Origin: Methylorubrum extorquens | GTDB taxonomy: Bacteria > Pseudomonadota > Alphaproteobacteria > Rhizobiales > Beijerinckiaceae | NCBI GenBank assembly: GCA_900234795.1 | Contig: LT962688.1 | Span: 480,001 to 512,000, forward strand | Length of the DNA: 32,000 bases | Reading direction: 5' to 3' | Part shown: positions 13,960 through 20,866 of the stretch, one piece after another | How the letters are laid out: every line of letters starts with the position of its first letter | How positions within the stretch are numbered: the first letter of the stretch is position 1 | Translations under genes and position numbers: made by a program | Notes under the pieces: model-generated | Database searches by the model: none | Seen by the model: only the letters and a program-made list of their open reading frames with translations | Told to the model about the DNA's origin: nothing

Positions 13960-14102
13960 TGATCGCGTTCCTCAACTCCCTCCCGCCGCTCCAGGCTGTC
14001 GCGGTCCTGGCCCTAGGGCCCGGCATCTGCGCCGTCGGTGTCGCCTTCTGCCTCTACGAGGCCGGACGGTTCGTCCGCCTCGCGATGACGGGGCGGCTGT
14101 GA
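13959..14102 (+). CDS. Small membrane peptide (47 aa), not in ORF track
   Basis: The ATG overlaps the preceding TGA by 1 nt (GTGATGATC). MIAFLNSLPPLQAVAVLALGPGICAVGVAFCLYEAGRFVRLAMTGRL has one TM helix. Its stop overlaps the next start (GTGA). Confidence 0.45.
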   Translation: MIAFLNSLPPLQAVAVLALGPGICAVGVAFCLYEAGRFVRLAMTGRL

Positions 14103-14362
14103 TGGTGACGGCCCTCGTTCCCTGCGCGTCCACCGGCGAGATCGGCGACGCGCTCAATCAAGCGCTGGATCAGGCTGAGCAGGCCCTCGCCGGGACGATC
14201 AGCATCCACGACGGCATCGCCTCCGATGTTCGGCTCGGTGACTGTGTCTGGAAGCTCAAGCTGCTCCGCGAACGCGCCGCCAACCTCGTCGCGATGTGTG
14301 ACTGCATCGCCGCGATCGACGCCGACCCCTTCCTCATCACCGATTCCCGCGAGGCCGCATGA
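14099..14362 (+). CDS. Hypothetical protein (87 aa)
   Basis: Translationally coupled at both ends. Ordinary composition. Confidence 0.55.
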   Translation: MMVTALVPCASTGEIGDALNQALDQAEQALAGTISIHDGIASDVRLGDCVWKLKLLRERAANLVAMCDCIAAIDADPFLITDSREAA

Positions 14363-14499
14363 GCGCCGCCCTCGAATACCTGCCGGGCGCGCTCATCCTC
14401 GCCGGCATCGCCGCGCTGATCCTGGCGCCGCTCGCCTCCTACACCGACGGCCTCGCCCAGAGCGCGGCCGACGACGGGGAGGGCTGCGACCGTGGCTGA
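14359..14499 (+). CDS. Small membrane peptide (46 aa), not in ORF track
   Basis: ATGA overlap with the preceding stop. MSAALEYLPGALILAGIAALILAPLASYTDGLAQSAADDGEGCDRG has one TM helix. Confidence 0.45.
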   Translation: MSAALEYLPGALILAGIAALILAPLASYTDGLAQSAADDGEGCDRG

Positions 14500-14692
14500 G
14501 GACACGCCCCTCAACCTGTTCGTCGAGCGCACCGACGCCGGCCCGCGCCTCGTCGCGATCCGAGCGGACGGCGAGCGCGTCGCCGAGTTCGACATGGACC
14601 GGGACGGCGCCCGCACCATCGCCGCCGCCTTGCTCGCCGCGACCGGCGACGCCTTCGAGCGGACCTTCACCACGGAGGCCGCCCGTGGCTGA
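14492..14692 (+). CDS. Hypothetical protein (66 aa)
   Basis: GTG start overlapping the preceding gene. Acidic, ordinary composition. Confidence 0.5.
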   Translation: MAEDTPLNLFVERTDAGPRLVAIRADGERVAEFDMDRDGARTIAAALLAATGDAFERTFTTEAARG

Positions 14693-14909
14693 CGCCTCCC
14701 ACCCGTGCCCGCACTGCGATCGCGCCTTCGGCGATCCGAACGGCCTCTACTGCCACGTGAAGACGAAGCACGGGCGGAAGAAAGCCCAGGCTGTGCGGCC
14801 CGCTCCGACGGTCGAGCCGAGCATGGCCGACCTTCACGTCGCCGCCCTTGAGGCCCGCGCCTGCGGCGAACCCGTCGACCCCGATCTCGCCGAGATGTTC
14901 GATGTCTGA
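14685..14909 (+). CDS. C2H2-type zinc-finger protein (74 aa)
   Basis: The GTG at 14685 is in frame with the tail of ORF 14226..14909. CPHCDRAFGDPNGLYCHVKTKH gives C-x2-C-x12-H-x4-H. Confidence 0.6.
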   Translation: MADASHPCPHCDRAFGDPNGLYCHVKTKHGRKKAQAVRPAPTVEPSMADLHVAALEARACGEPVDPDLAEMFDV

Positions 14910-15261
14910 CCGCACCCCCGAGCAGCAGGCGCTCGCCCACCTATTCCTGGCCCTCGGCATCCGCCTCCCGATCCGCGCCGGCGGGATGCACGGCCGCGGT
15001 CTCTCCGAGGCCGACGGGACGCCCCTGTTCATGGGCGCGCCGACCGGCAGCCTGTCCACCGACAGGGCCCGCGCGTTGGCCGCCGCTGCCGCGATCAACA
15101 CGGCCACCGGCACGCCGGACCACGAGGCCGCGCCGCTCCCGGTGCTGCGGCCGCTCACCGCCGACGTGATCCGTGCGGCGTCCGACCCCTTCGACCCCGA
15201 ACACCTGATCGCCGTGGCGCGCGCCGCCCGGATCGCCCCTCGCGCCGACGCAGCGGAGTGA
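14902..15261 (+). CDS. Hypothetical protein (119 aa)
   Basis: The ATG at 14902 overlaps the preceding stop by 8 nt (MSDRTPEQQALAHLFLALGIRLP...). Confidence 0.5.
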   Translation: MSDRTPEQQALAHLFLALGIRLPIRAGGMHGRGLSEADGTPLFMGAPTGSLSTDRARALAAAAAINTATGTPDHEAAPLPVLRPLTADVIRAASDPFDPEHLIAVARAARIAPRADAAE

Positions 15262-15989
15262 CCCTCATGGAGATGATCGACAAGGCCGGGATGCGGCCGA
15301 CCGTGCGCATCCACCACGACCTGCACCAGGGCACCGAGGAGTGGCTCGCGGCGCGCTGCGGCCTGCTCACCGCGAGCGAAATGGGGCTGATCATCACCCC
15401 CGCGACGCTCAAGGCCGCCAAGAACGAGAAGGAGCGCGCCCACCTCTACGAGCTGCTCGCCCAGCGCATCAGCGGCTACGTCGAGCCGCACTTCGTCAGC
15501 TTCGACATGATGCGCGGCCACGAGGACGAGATCGAGGCGCTCGCCCTCTACGCGAAGCACTTCGCCCCGACCGAGGCCGTGGGCTTCGTCACCAACGACA
15601 AATGGGGCTTCACCATCGGCTATTCGCCCGACGCCTTCGTCGGCGCCGACGGCTTGGTCGAGACGAAGTCCCGACGGCAGAAATACCAGATCGAGACCTT
15701 CGTCGTTCACGTCCTCGCGGAGACGATTCCCGCCGATTACGTGATCCAGATCCAGACCGGGCTCCTCGTCACCGAGCGGGCGTGGTGCGACCTGATCTCG
15801 TACTCGGGCGGCCTGCCGCTGGCCCGCATCCGCGCGTACCCCGACCTCAAGATCCAATCCGCGATCGTCGAGGCGGCCGAGGGCTTCGAGACCCGCCTGG
15901 AGGAGGCCCGCGCCAAGTACCTCGAAGCCATCGAGAAGGCGGGCAACATTCCGACCGTGCGCCGCGTCGAGGGGGAGATCCTCGCGTGA
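15258..15989 (+). CDS. YqaJ-type viral recombinase exonuclease (lambda Exo-like PD-(D/E)xK)
   Basis: QGTEEWLAARCGLLTASE is the typical YqaJ N-terminal motif, and SPDAFVGADGLVETKS supplies D...ExK. The start could instead be the ATG at 15267. Confidence 0.85.
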   Translation: MTLMEMIDKAGMRPTVRIHHDLHQGTEEWLAARCGLLTASEMGLIITPATLKAAKNEKERAHLYELLAQRISGYVEPHFVSFDMMRGHEDEIEALALYAKHFAPTEAVGFVTNDKWGFTIGYSPDAFVGADGLVETKSRRQKYQIETFVVHVLAETIPADYVIQIQTGLLVTERAWCDLISYSGGLPLARIRAYPDLKIQSAIVEAAEGFETRLEEARAKYLEAIEKAGNIPTVRRVEGEILA

Positions 15990-16618
15990 CCGACCTGTCG
16001 CAGACGATCGCCCCCAAGAGCGACCAGCTCAACGCCGACGACCTGATCGGTGGCCCCCGCACCATCAAGGTCACGCGCGTCTCGCCGATGCGCGAGCCCG
16101 ACCAGCCGATCGCGATCTTCTTCGAGGGCGACAACGGCAAGCCCTACAAGCCCGGCAAGTCGATGCGGCGCGTGCTCGTGCGCGTGTGGGGCGTTGACGG
16201 GGCCGCCTACGCCGGCCGTCGGATGACGCTCTACCGCGACGATTCCGTGATGTTCGGCGGCGTCGCCGTCGGCGGCATCCGCATCAGCCACATGTCGGGC
16301 ATCAGCGAGAGCGTGACGCTTCCGCTCACGGTGACCCGCGCGAGCCGCAAGCCCTTCACGGTGAAGCCGCTTCCGGCCGAGCGCGCCCCGACCGGCGAGG
16401 ACACGCGGACCAAGCTCCTCCGCATGGCCCGCGAGAAGGCCGCCCTTGGTGCCGCCGATCTCGATGACTGGCTCGGCAAGCTGAAGCCCGACCACCGCGC
16501 CGTCGTGGACGAGATCGAGGCCGAACTGCGCGACCGCGCGGCCGAGGCCGACGACCGCCTGCCGCTGGACGACGACGGCTTTCCCGGATTTGCTCCCGCC
16601 GACGAGGAGGTCGCTTGA
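15986..16618 (+). CDS. Conserved phage protein of unknown function (210 aa), downstream partner of the exonuclease
   Basis: GTG at 15986 with a GTGA overlap. Motifs KPYKPGKSMRRVLVRVWG and FGGVAVGGIRISHMS. The C-terminus is acidic. Confidence 0.6.
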   Translation: MTDLSQTIAPKSDQLNADDLIGGPRTIKVTRVSPMREPDQPIAIFFEGDNGKPYKPGKSMRRVLVRVWGVDGAAYAGRRMTLYRDDSVMFGGVAVGGIRISHMSGISESVTLPLTVTRASRKPFTVKPLPAERAPTGEDTRTKLLRMAREKAALGAADLDDWLGKLKPDHRAVVDEIEAELRDRAAEADDRLPLDDDGFPGFAPADEEVA

Positions 16619-16619
16619 T

Positions 16620-17186
16620 ATGGCCGCATCCCCGCAACCCACGGACCCGCGCAGCGCGCACGAGGCTGTCGCGCGCATCCGCGCCATCCAACAGCGGCAA
16701 GAGGAGGCCGCTCGACGCCGGGTCGAGCAGTCGGGGTCCCGCGAGGCGATGGAGGCCGTAGCTCGCGCCGAAGCCGAAGTCGTCAGCCTGCGGACGATGC
16801 TTCAGGTTGAGCGCGAGGAGAACGAGGCGCTTCGCCAGCGAGTGCGGGCCCTTCAGGACGCTGTCACGTCCGAGATCGCTCCGCCCCCCGAGTGGGGGCT
16901 CAGCCCGCAAGAAACCACGCTGCTGCTTGCGCTTCGGCGCGCTGGGCACCTTGTCCTGACGAGGCGTCAGGCATTGGTCGCGCTGTTCCCCGAAGATGCA
17001 GACGCGCGGCACCCCGGATCGGCTGCGGCGACGCTGGCCCGGTTGCGTCGTCGCCTCGCCGTCGCGGGCGCCGCCATCGAGATCGAGACACACGAACGAC
17101 GCGGCTATCGCCTGTCGCCGGGGAGCCTCGCGATCGTCGATGCCGCGCTGATGCGCGCCCCCGTCCGTCTCGGGGGCGCCGCATGA
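16620..17186 (+). CDS. Coiled-coil protein with OmpR/PhoB-like winged-helix DNA-binding C-terminus
   Basis: GAGGAGG precedes the ATG at 16620. LSPQETTLLLALRRAGHLVLTRRQALVALFPE...ATLARLRRRLAVAGAAIEIETHERRGYRL follows the Trans_reg_C pattern. There is no receiver domain. Confidence 0.6.
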   Translation: MAASPQPTDPRSAHEAVARIRAIQQRQEEAARRRVEQSGSREAMEAVARAEAEVVSLRTMLQVEREENEALRQRVRALQDAVTSEIAPPPEWGLSPQETTLLLALRRAGHLVLTRRQALVALFPEDADARHPGSAAATLARLRRRLAVAGAAIEIETHERRGYRLSPGSLAIVDAALMRAPVRLGGAA

Positions 17187-17647
17187 GCGCCCTCGGCATC
17201 TACTGCGCCGATTGCGGCACCGAGTGCGAGCGCCTCACCGGCCGCGAGGCCGGCGCCCGCGAACCCGACCTGATCGACGCCCAGGTCTGGGCCTGCCCGT
17301 TCTGCCCCGATGCGTGGGCCCCGAGCGCGGCCGATGGTTCGGCGGTCGGGCTCCCGGCCGGCGAGGAGACCCGCAACGCCCGCGCCCTGCTGCGCGAGCG
17401 CCAGGTCGAGCGGTTGATCGCCGTGGCCCTGCGCCACTGCCCGAACGGCCGTCCCATCGCCGAGGAGCGCGTCGCTGCCTTCCTCGCGCACGAACTGCGC
17501 CTGCCGACCGGCGAGGCGGCGATCGACCGCCTCGACATTGTTTGGTGCCGCCGCGCGTGGCTTGCCCTGAAGGGCGCCTCCTACGCCGACGTCGTGCGGC
17601 ACGCCCAGACCTATCGCCCGAGGAAAGCTGCCTTATGCGCCTGCTAA
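17183..17647 (+). CDS. Zinc-ribbon protein (DUF3268-like)
   Basis: ATGA overlap. The CxxC pairs are CADCGTEC and CPFCPD. The family assignment is from memory only. Confidence 0.5.
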   Translation: MSALGIYCADCGTECERLTGREAGAREPDLIDAQVWACPFCPDAWAPSAADGSAVGLPAGEETRNARALLRERQVERLIAVALRHCPNGRPIAEERVAAFLAHELRLPTGEAAIDRLDIVWCRRAWLALKGASYADVVRHAQTYRPRKAALCAC

Positions 17648-18024
17648 CGAATGGAACGACGCGCCTCGTGCTGGTGATCGGGCACTACGCCATCAAGATC
17701 CCGCGGAGCCAAACGGGTCGCCGCTGCAATGCCCACGAGGCTGAGATCTGGCGCGAGTCCTCACCCGAGCGGAGGGCGATCTTATGCCCGATCCTGGCGG
17801 CGCTGCCGGGCGGTTGGCTTGTCGTCATGGCCGCGGCCGAACCGATCAGCGAGACCGAGGCAGAAGCGCTGCTCGAAGGCTGGGGCTTTCCTGACTGGGA
17901 TTACGTGCCCGGCGGCCGGGGCGAGCCCTTCGAATACAAGGCGTCCGATTGGGGCCGCCTCTCCGGCAAGCTCGTCGCCGTCGACTATTCGGCACCTGCT
18001 CTCGACGTGGATGAGGAGGGCTGA
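17635..18024 (+). CDS. Hypothetical protein with protein-kinase-like motif order (129 aa)
   Basis: AGGAAAG precedes the ATG at 17635. AIKIP (VAIK-like Lys), EAEIW (helix-C Glu), FEYKASDWG (catalytic-loop-like) and LVAVDY (DFG-position Asp) occur in the canonical order. Confidence 0.5.
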   Translation: MRLLTNGTTRLVLVIGHYAIKIPRSQTGRRCNAHEAEIWRESSPERRAILCPILAALPGGWLVVMAAAEPISETEAEALLEGWGFPDWDYVPGGRGEPFEYKASDWGRLSGKLVAVDYSAPALDVDEEG

Positions 18025-18026
18025 TC

Positions 18027-18455
18027 GTGGTCGCCTATTCCTTCAAAAAGCGGTTCGGCCCGCCGATCCTCGCCGGCACGAAGGCGCAGACGATCCGCGC
18101 CGACCGAAAGCGTCATGCCCGCCAGGGCGAGCAGCTTCAGCTCTACACCGGGATGCGGACGAAGCACTGCCGGCTCCTCGGCCGGCCGACCTGCCTCTCC
18201 GTCATGCCGGTGCGCCTGTGCTTCTCCGAGCGCAGCGCGACCGAACTGTTCGAGGTCGGCGGCGAGATGCTGAGCCCGGCCCGGATGGACGACTTCGCCC
18301 GCGAGGACGGCTTCGAGAGCGTCGAGGACATGGCCCGGTTCTGGTGGGCCGAGCACCCGCCGGAGGAGGGCGATCGCATCGCCTTTGAGGGCGTGCTGAT
18401 CCGCTGGCCGCCGCTCATCCAGGCCGCTCCTCAGACCGAGGAGCAGGCGGCGTGA
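18027..18455 (+). CDS. ASCH domain protein
   Basis: FKKRFGPPILAGTKAQTIRADRKRHARQGEQLQLYTGMR matches the ASCH N-terminal pattern (F...I..G.K..T.R......G..l.ly). GAGGAGGG precedes the GTG start. Confidence 0.7.
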   Translation: MVAYSFKKRFGPPILAGTKAQTIRADRKRHARQGEQLQLYTGMRTKHCRLLGRPTCLSVMPVRLCFSERSATELFEVGGEMLSPARMDDFAREDGFESVEDMARFWWAEHPPEEGDRIAFEGVLIRWPPLIQAAPQTEEQAA

Positions 18456-18766
18456 TGGGCGACCTCTTTAACATGGAACGCACCCTGACGCCGAGCGAGC
18501 GCCGGCGTCTGCGCGGCGGCACCCAGGCGAAGGGCTATGCTGCGATGCCCGGCACTGGTCCGAAGGGCGAGACCTGCGGATCCTGCGACCACCTGGTGCG
18601 GAAGCGCCTCGCCAAGGTTTATCGCAAGTGCGGGCTGATGCGCGCGCATTGGACCGGCGGGAAGGGCACCGACGTGCTCACGACCGCGCCGGCTTGCCGG
18701 AACTGGCAGGCGATCGAAGTCACTCCAATCTCATCCACCACCAGCGCACGAGGTCCCTGTGGGTAG
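18452..18766 (+). CDS. Hypothetical Cys-containing protein (104 aa)
   Basis: Coupled start (GTGATG). ETCGSCDHLVRK...CGLM...APACRNW suggests a metal-binding cluster. Confidence 0.5.
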   Translation: MMGDLFNMERTLTPSERRRLRGGTQAKGYAAMPGTGPKGETCGSCDHLVRKRLAKVYRKCGLMRAHWTGGKGTDVLTTAPACRNWQAIEVTPISSTTSARGPCG

Positions 18767-19064
18767 CGCCCGCGCCTCGGCTCCGGCCCAGGAGCCATCC
18801 TGCCTGTATCCCGACGAGGCCGAACTCGCGCGAGTCGTGCTCGGCCCAAAGCGGGCGAAGGCGTGGGGCGGTCTCGCTGCCGTCCTCGAGCGCAGCGGCC
18901 TCCCGAAGGTCGATCCGATGATGGGCGGTCGCTACTGGCCCGCCGTCCGAGAATTTCTGGACCGCTATCACCATACCGGCGACCATGCCTCCACCCGGCA
19001 CCAGGGCCGGAGGGAGGAGGGTGTCCATGCCAGCGGAGCACGAGTTGCACGCGCCCGGTCTTAA
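18759..19064 (+). CDS. Hypothetical protein in the excisionase position upstream of int
   Basis: High GC3. LYPDEAELARVVLGPKRAKAWGGLAAVLERSGLPKVDPMMGGRYWPAVREFLDRYH. The function is not established from sequence. Confidence 0.4.
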   Translation: MGSARASAPAQEPSCLYPDEAELARVVLGPKRAKAWGGLAAVLERSGLPKVDPMMGGRYWPAVREFLDRYHHTGDHASTRHQGRREEGVHASGARVARARS

Positions 19065-20229
19065 ACGGATGAAGCGCCACAACGGGCGCGTCGATCTCTA
19101 TTGGGTGGCCGACGAGAAGCTCGTCGCCAAGGGGTTCACGCCAAAGACGGTTCGCCTGTTCGGAGACTGGCCCTCGCAGGAGATCGCCTCGCGCTGCGCG
19201 ATCCTGCAGGCCGAGATGTTGGAGTGGGCCGCCGGCCGCGAGCCAGGCCGGAACGCGTTCGCCCTCGGCACCATCGGCTGGATCTGTCGCGCCTTCGAGA
19301 CCGACCCCGATTCGCCGATCCATGAGCGCCGGCGAGACACCCGCGTCTTCTACGGCAAATATATCCGCCACCTGGTGGTGGCCGCCGGTGACGAGCACAT
19401 GGCCGACATCATCGGCCGCGACGTGCGCCGGTGGCACCGGACTTGGACGGACGAGATCGGCGAGCGCGGCGCCTACGCCTGCATCCAGACGCTCCGCCGG
19501 GTCGTGAATTATGGGTGCGAGCTTCGAGACCGCGACGCGATCGAACTGGCCCCTGTGCTGACGAAGACGACGTTCCGGCAGCCGCGCGCCCGCAAGCTCC
19601 GCCCGAGTCACGAGATGATCGTCGCTCTGCGCACCGCCGCCCACGATGCCGGCCGGCCGAGCATCGCGCTCGCGGTAACGCTTCAGTTCGAACTCGGGCT
19701 TCGGCAGAAGGACGTGATTGGCGAGTGGGACCGACCGGACGCCGAGGCGCGCAGCCGAATCGCCGGGGCCATCACGGACGGCGCATGGGTCTGGGATTGG
19801 GGCCTCATCTGGAACCACATCGACGGGACGATCCTGCGCAAGCCGACGTCGAAGTCGAACGGCAACGAGGTCGCAGAGCACGATCTCAGCCATTACCCCG
19901 AGTTGCTCGCCGAGCTGCCGCCACGCGGCGTCGGTCCGCTGGTCATCGATGAGCGGTCCGGCCTGCCGTGGAAGCGCTCGCACTTCAGTCGGACGTTCCG
20001 CGAGATCGCCAGGGCCTCCGGATGGCCCGATGGCATCTGGAACATGGACAGCAGGGCAGGGGCGGTCAGCGAGGCCTTCGAGGCGGGCGCGGCGCCGGCC
20101 GACGTGATGCGCACCGCGACCCACACTCAGATGTCGACGACGATGCTCTATAACCGGGGATCGGTGGTGCAGTCGGGTCGCGTGGCCGAGCTACGAACGG
20201 CGCGGCGGAAGGCGAAGCCTGCGGGCTGA
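19027..20229 (+). CDS. int: Phage tyrosine integrase
   Basis: Catalytic signatures LGLRQKDV (Arg), SRAGAVSEAFEAGAAPADVMRTATHTQMSTTMLY (R...H...Y). The start is chosen at the ATG at 19027, 6 nt after GGAGGAGG; the ORF-track start 18985 is possible. It is adjacent to tRNA-Asn. Confidence 0.9.
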   Translation: MPAEHELHAPGLKRMKRHNGRVDLYWVADEKLVAKGFTPKTVRLFGDWPSQEIASRCAILQAEMLEWAAGREPGRNAFALGTIGWICRAFETDPDSPIHERRRDTRVFYGKYIRHLVVAAGDEHMADIIGRDVRRWHRTWTDEIGERGAYACIQTLRRVVNYGCELRDRDAIELAPVLTKTTFRQPRARKLRPSHEMIVALRTAAHDAGRPSIALAVTLQFELGLRQKDVIGEWDRPDAEARSRIAGAITDGAWVWDWGLIWNHIDGTILRKPTSKSNGNEVAEHDLSHYPELLAELPPRGVGPLVIDERSGLPWKRSHFSRTFREIARASGWPDGIWNMDSRAGAVSEAFEAGAAPADVMRTATHTQMSTTMLYNRGSVVQSGRVAELRTARRKAKPAG

Positions 20230-20250
20230 AAACACCCGGAGAACAACGGC

Positions 20251-20268
20251 GGTAACAGGCGCGGTAAC
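20251..20268. repeat. Two direct GCGGTAACA repeats 12 bp apart between int and the tRNA (candidate arm-type sites)
   Basis: GGTAAC at 20251-20256 and 20263-20268, read directly. Confidence 0.3.
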
Positions 20269-20306
20269 ACGCCTCGGCCGATGTCTAGCTAAGTGATTGA
20301 AAGATT

Positions 20307-20382
20307 TGGCTCCCCGAGCAGGACTCGAACCTGCGACAAAGCGATTAACAGTCGCTTGCTCTACCAACTGAGCTATCGGGGA
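20307..20382 (-). tRNA. tRNA-Asn (anticodon GTT), CCA encoded
   Basis: The reverse complement folds by hand into a cloverleaf: TCCCCGA-TA-GCTC-AGTTGGTA-GAGC-A-AGCGA-CTGTTAA-TCGCT-TTGTC-GCAGG-TTCGAGT-CCTGC-TCGGGGA-G-CCA. Confidence 0.95.
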
Positions 20383-20625
20383 TCACCGGTCCGCCTCAGC
20401 GGCGGTGGCGGGTCATTAGCCTTCGCCGGTTTCGGACGCAAGGGTCCTATCACCGCTTTTTGCGCCTTCTGAGCCGACGACGCACTTTTTTCACCGGGTC
20501 GCGGTGCGGCGGCGGCGTTTGTGTCGATCGAGCGACAAGACCGTTGCCGAGCGGGTCAAGCGTCTGCTAGAGACGCCTCGCTCCGGACCGGCCGCTCGGC
20601 CCGGAGTGTCGCGCATTCGCGACGA

Positions 20626-20699
20626 GGCCTCGTGGCGGAGTGGTTACGCAGAGGACTGCAAATCCTTGCACCCCGGTTCGATTCCGGGCGAGGCCTCCA
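20626..20699 (+). tRNA. tRNA-Cys (anticodon GCA), CCA encoded
   Basis: GGCCTCG-TG-GCGG-AGTGGTTA-CGC-A-GAGGA-CTGCAAA-TCCTT-GCAC-CCCGG-TTCGATT-CCGGG-CGAGGCC-T-CCA. Confidence 0.95.
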
Positions 20700-20866
20700 A
20701 ACTTTTCGATACCCCTGACAATCTGCTCGTTTCTGGCCATGCAAGGCGCTCGTGCGAGCCTTGCAATTCCGGGAACGATCCACGACAACCCGACCCGCTC
20801 GGGCCGGCGCCGCTCGACGGGCGGGCGGGGAAACGGTCTGGCGCGGCGGCGAGGGATGGACGGCTC

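Larger units (their letters stand above)
1..20306. mobile_element. Integrated prophage-like element with lambdoid regulatory layout, right end at tRNA-Asn; left boundary not identified; no virion or lysis genes in window
   Basis: The tyrosine integrase ends 77 nt from the 3' end of tRNA-Asn. A CI-type S24 repressor is flanked by divergent operons of phage-type genes (YqaJ exonuclease, RusA, orphan MTase, DUF2829, DUF2312). Genes are densely start/stop-coupled. Low-GC moron-like genes and a second recombinase lie at the left. Confidence 0.6.

Noticed and set aside
14170-15857. Long minus-strand ORFs (14170..14940 and 14667..15857) opposite the rightward operon
   Set aside because: Their R/G/A-rich translations are antisense to a chain of start/stop-coupled + strand genes that includes a clear YqaJ exonuclease.
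18619-20124. 501-aa minus-strand ORF opposite the integrase
   Set aside because: It is antisense to an ORF with integrase catalytic motifs and has no motifs of its own. This is the high-GC artefact pattern.
7669-20268. Idea that the GGTAAC/GTTAC motifs at 7669-7710, 3893-3949 and 20251-20268 are one binding-site family
   Set aside because: A 5-6-bp core is too short to exclude chance in 20 kb, and the flanking bases differ. The observations are kept separate.
20504-20866. N-terminal extension of the pcm ORF
   Set aside because: The extension runs straight through tRNA-Cys (20626-20699). A Pcm-like N-terminus (MLDYAQARRLMVDCQLRT) begins at the ATG at 20867.
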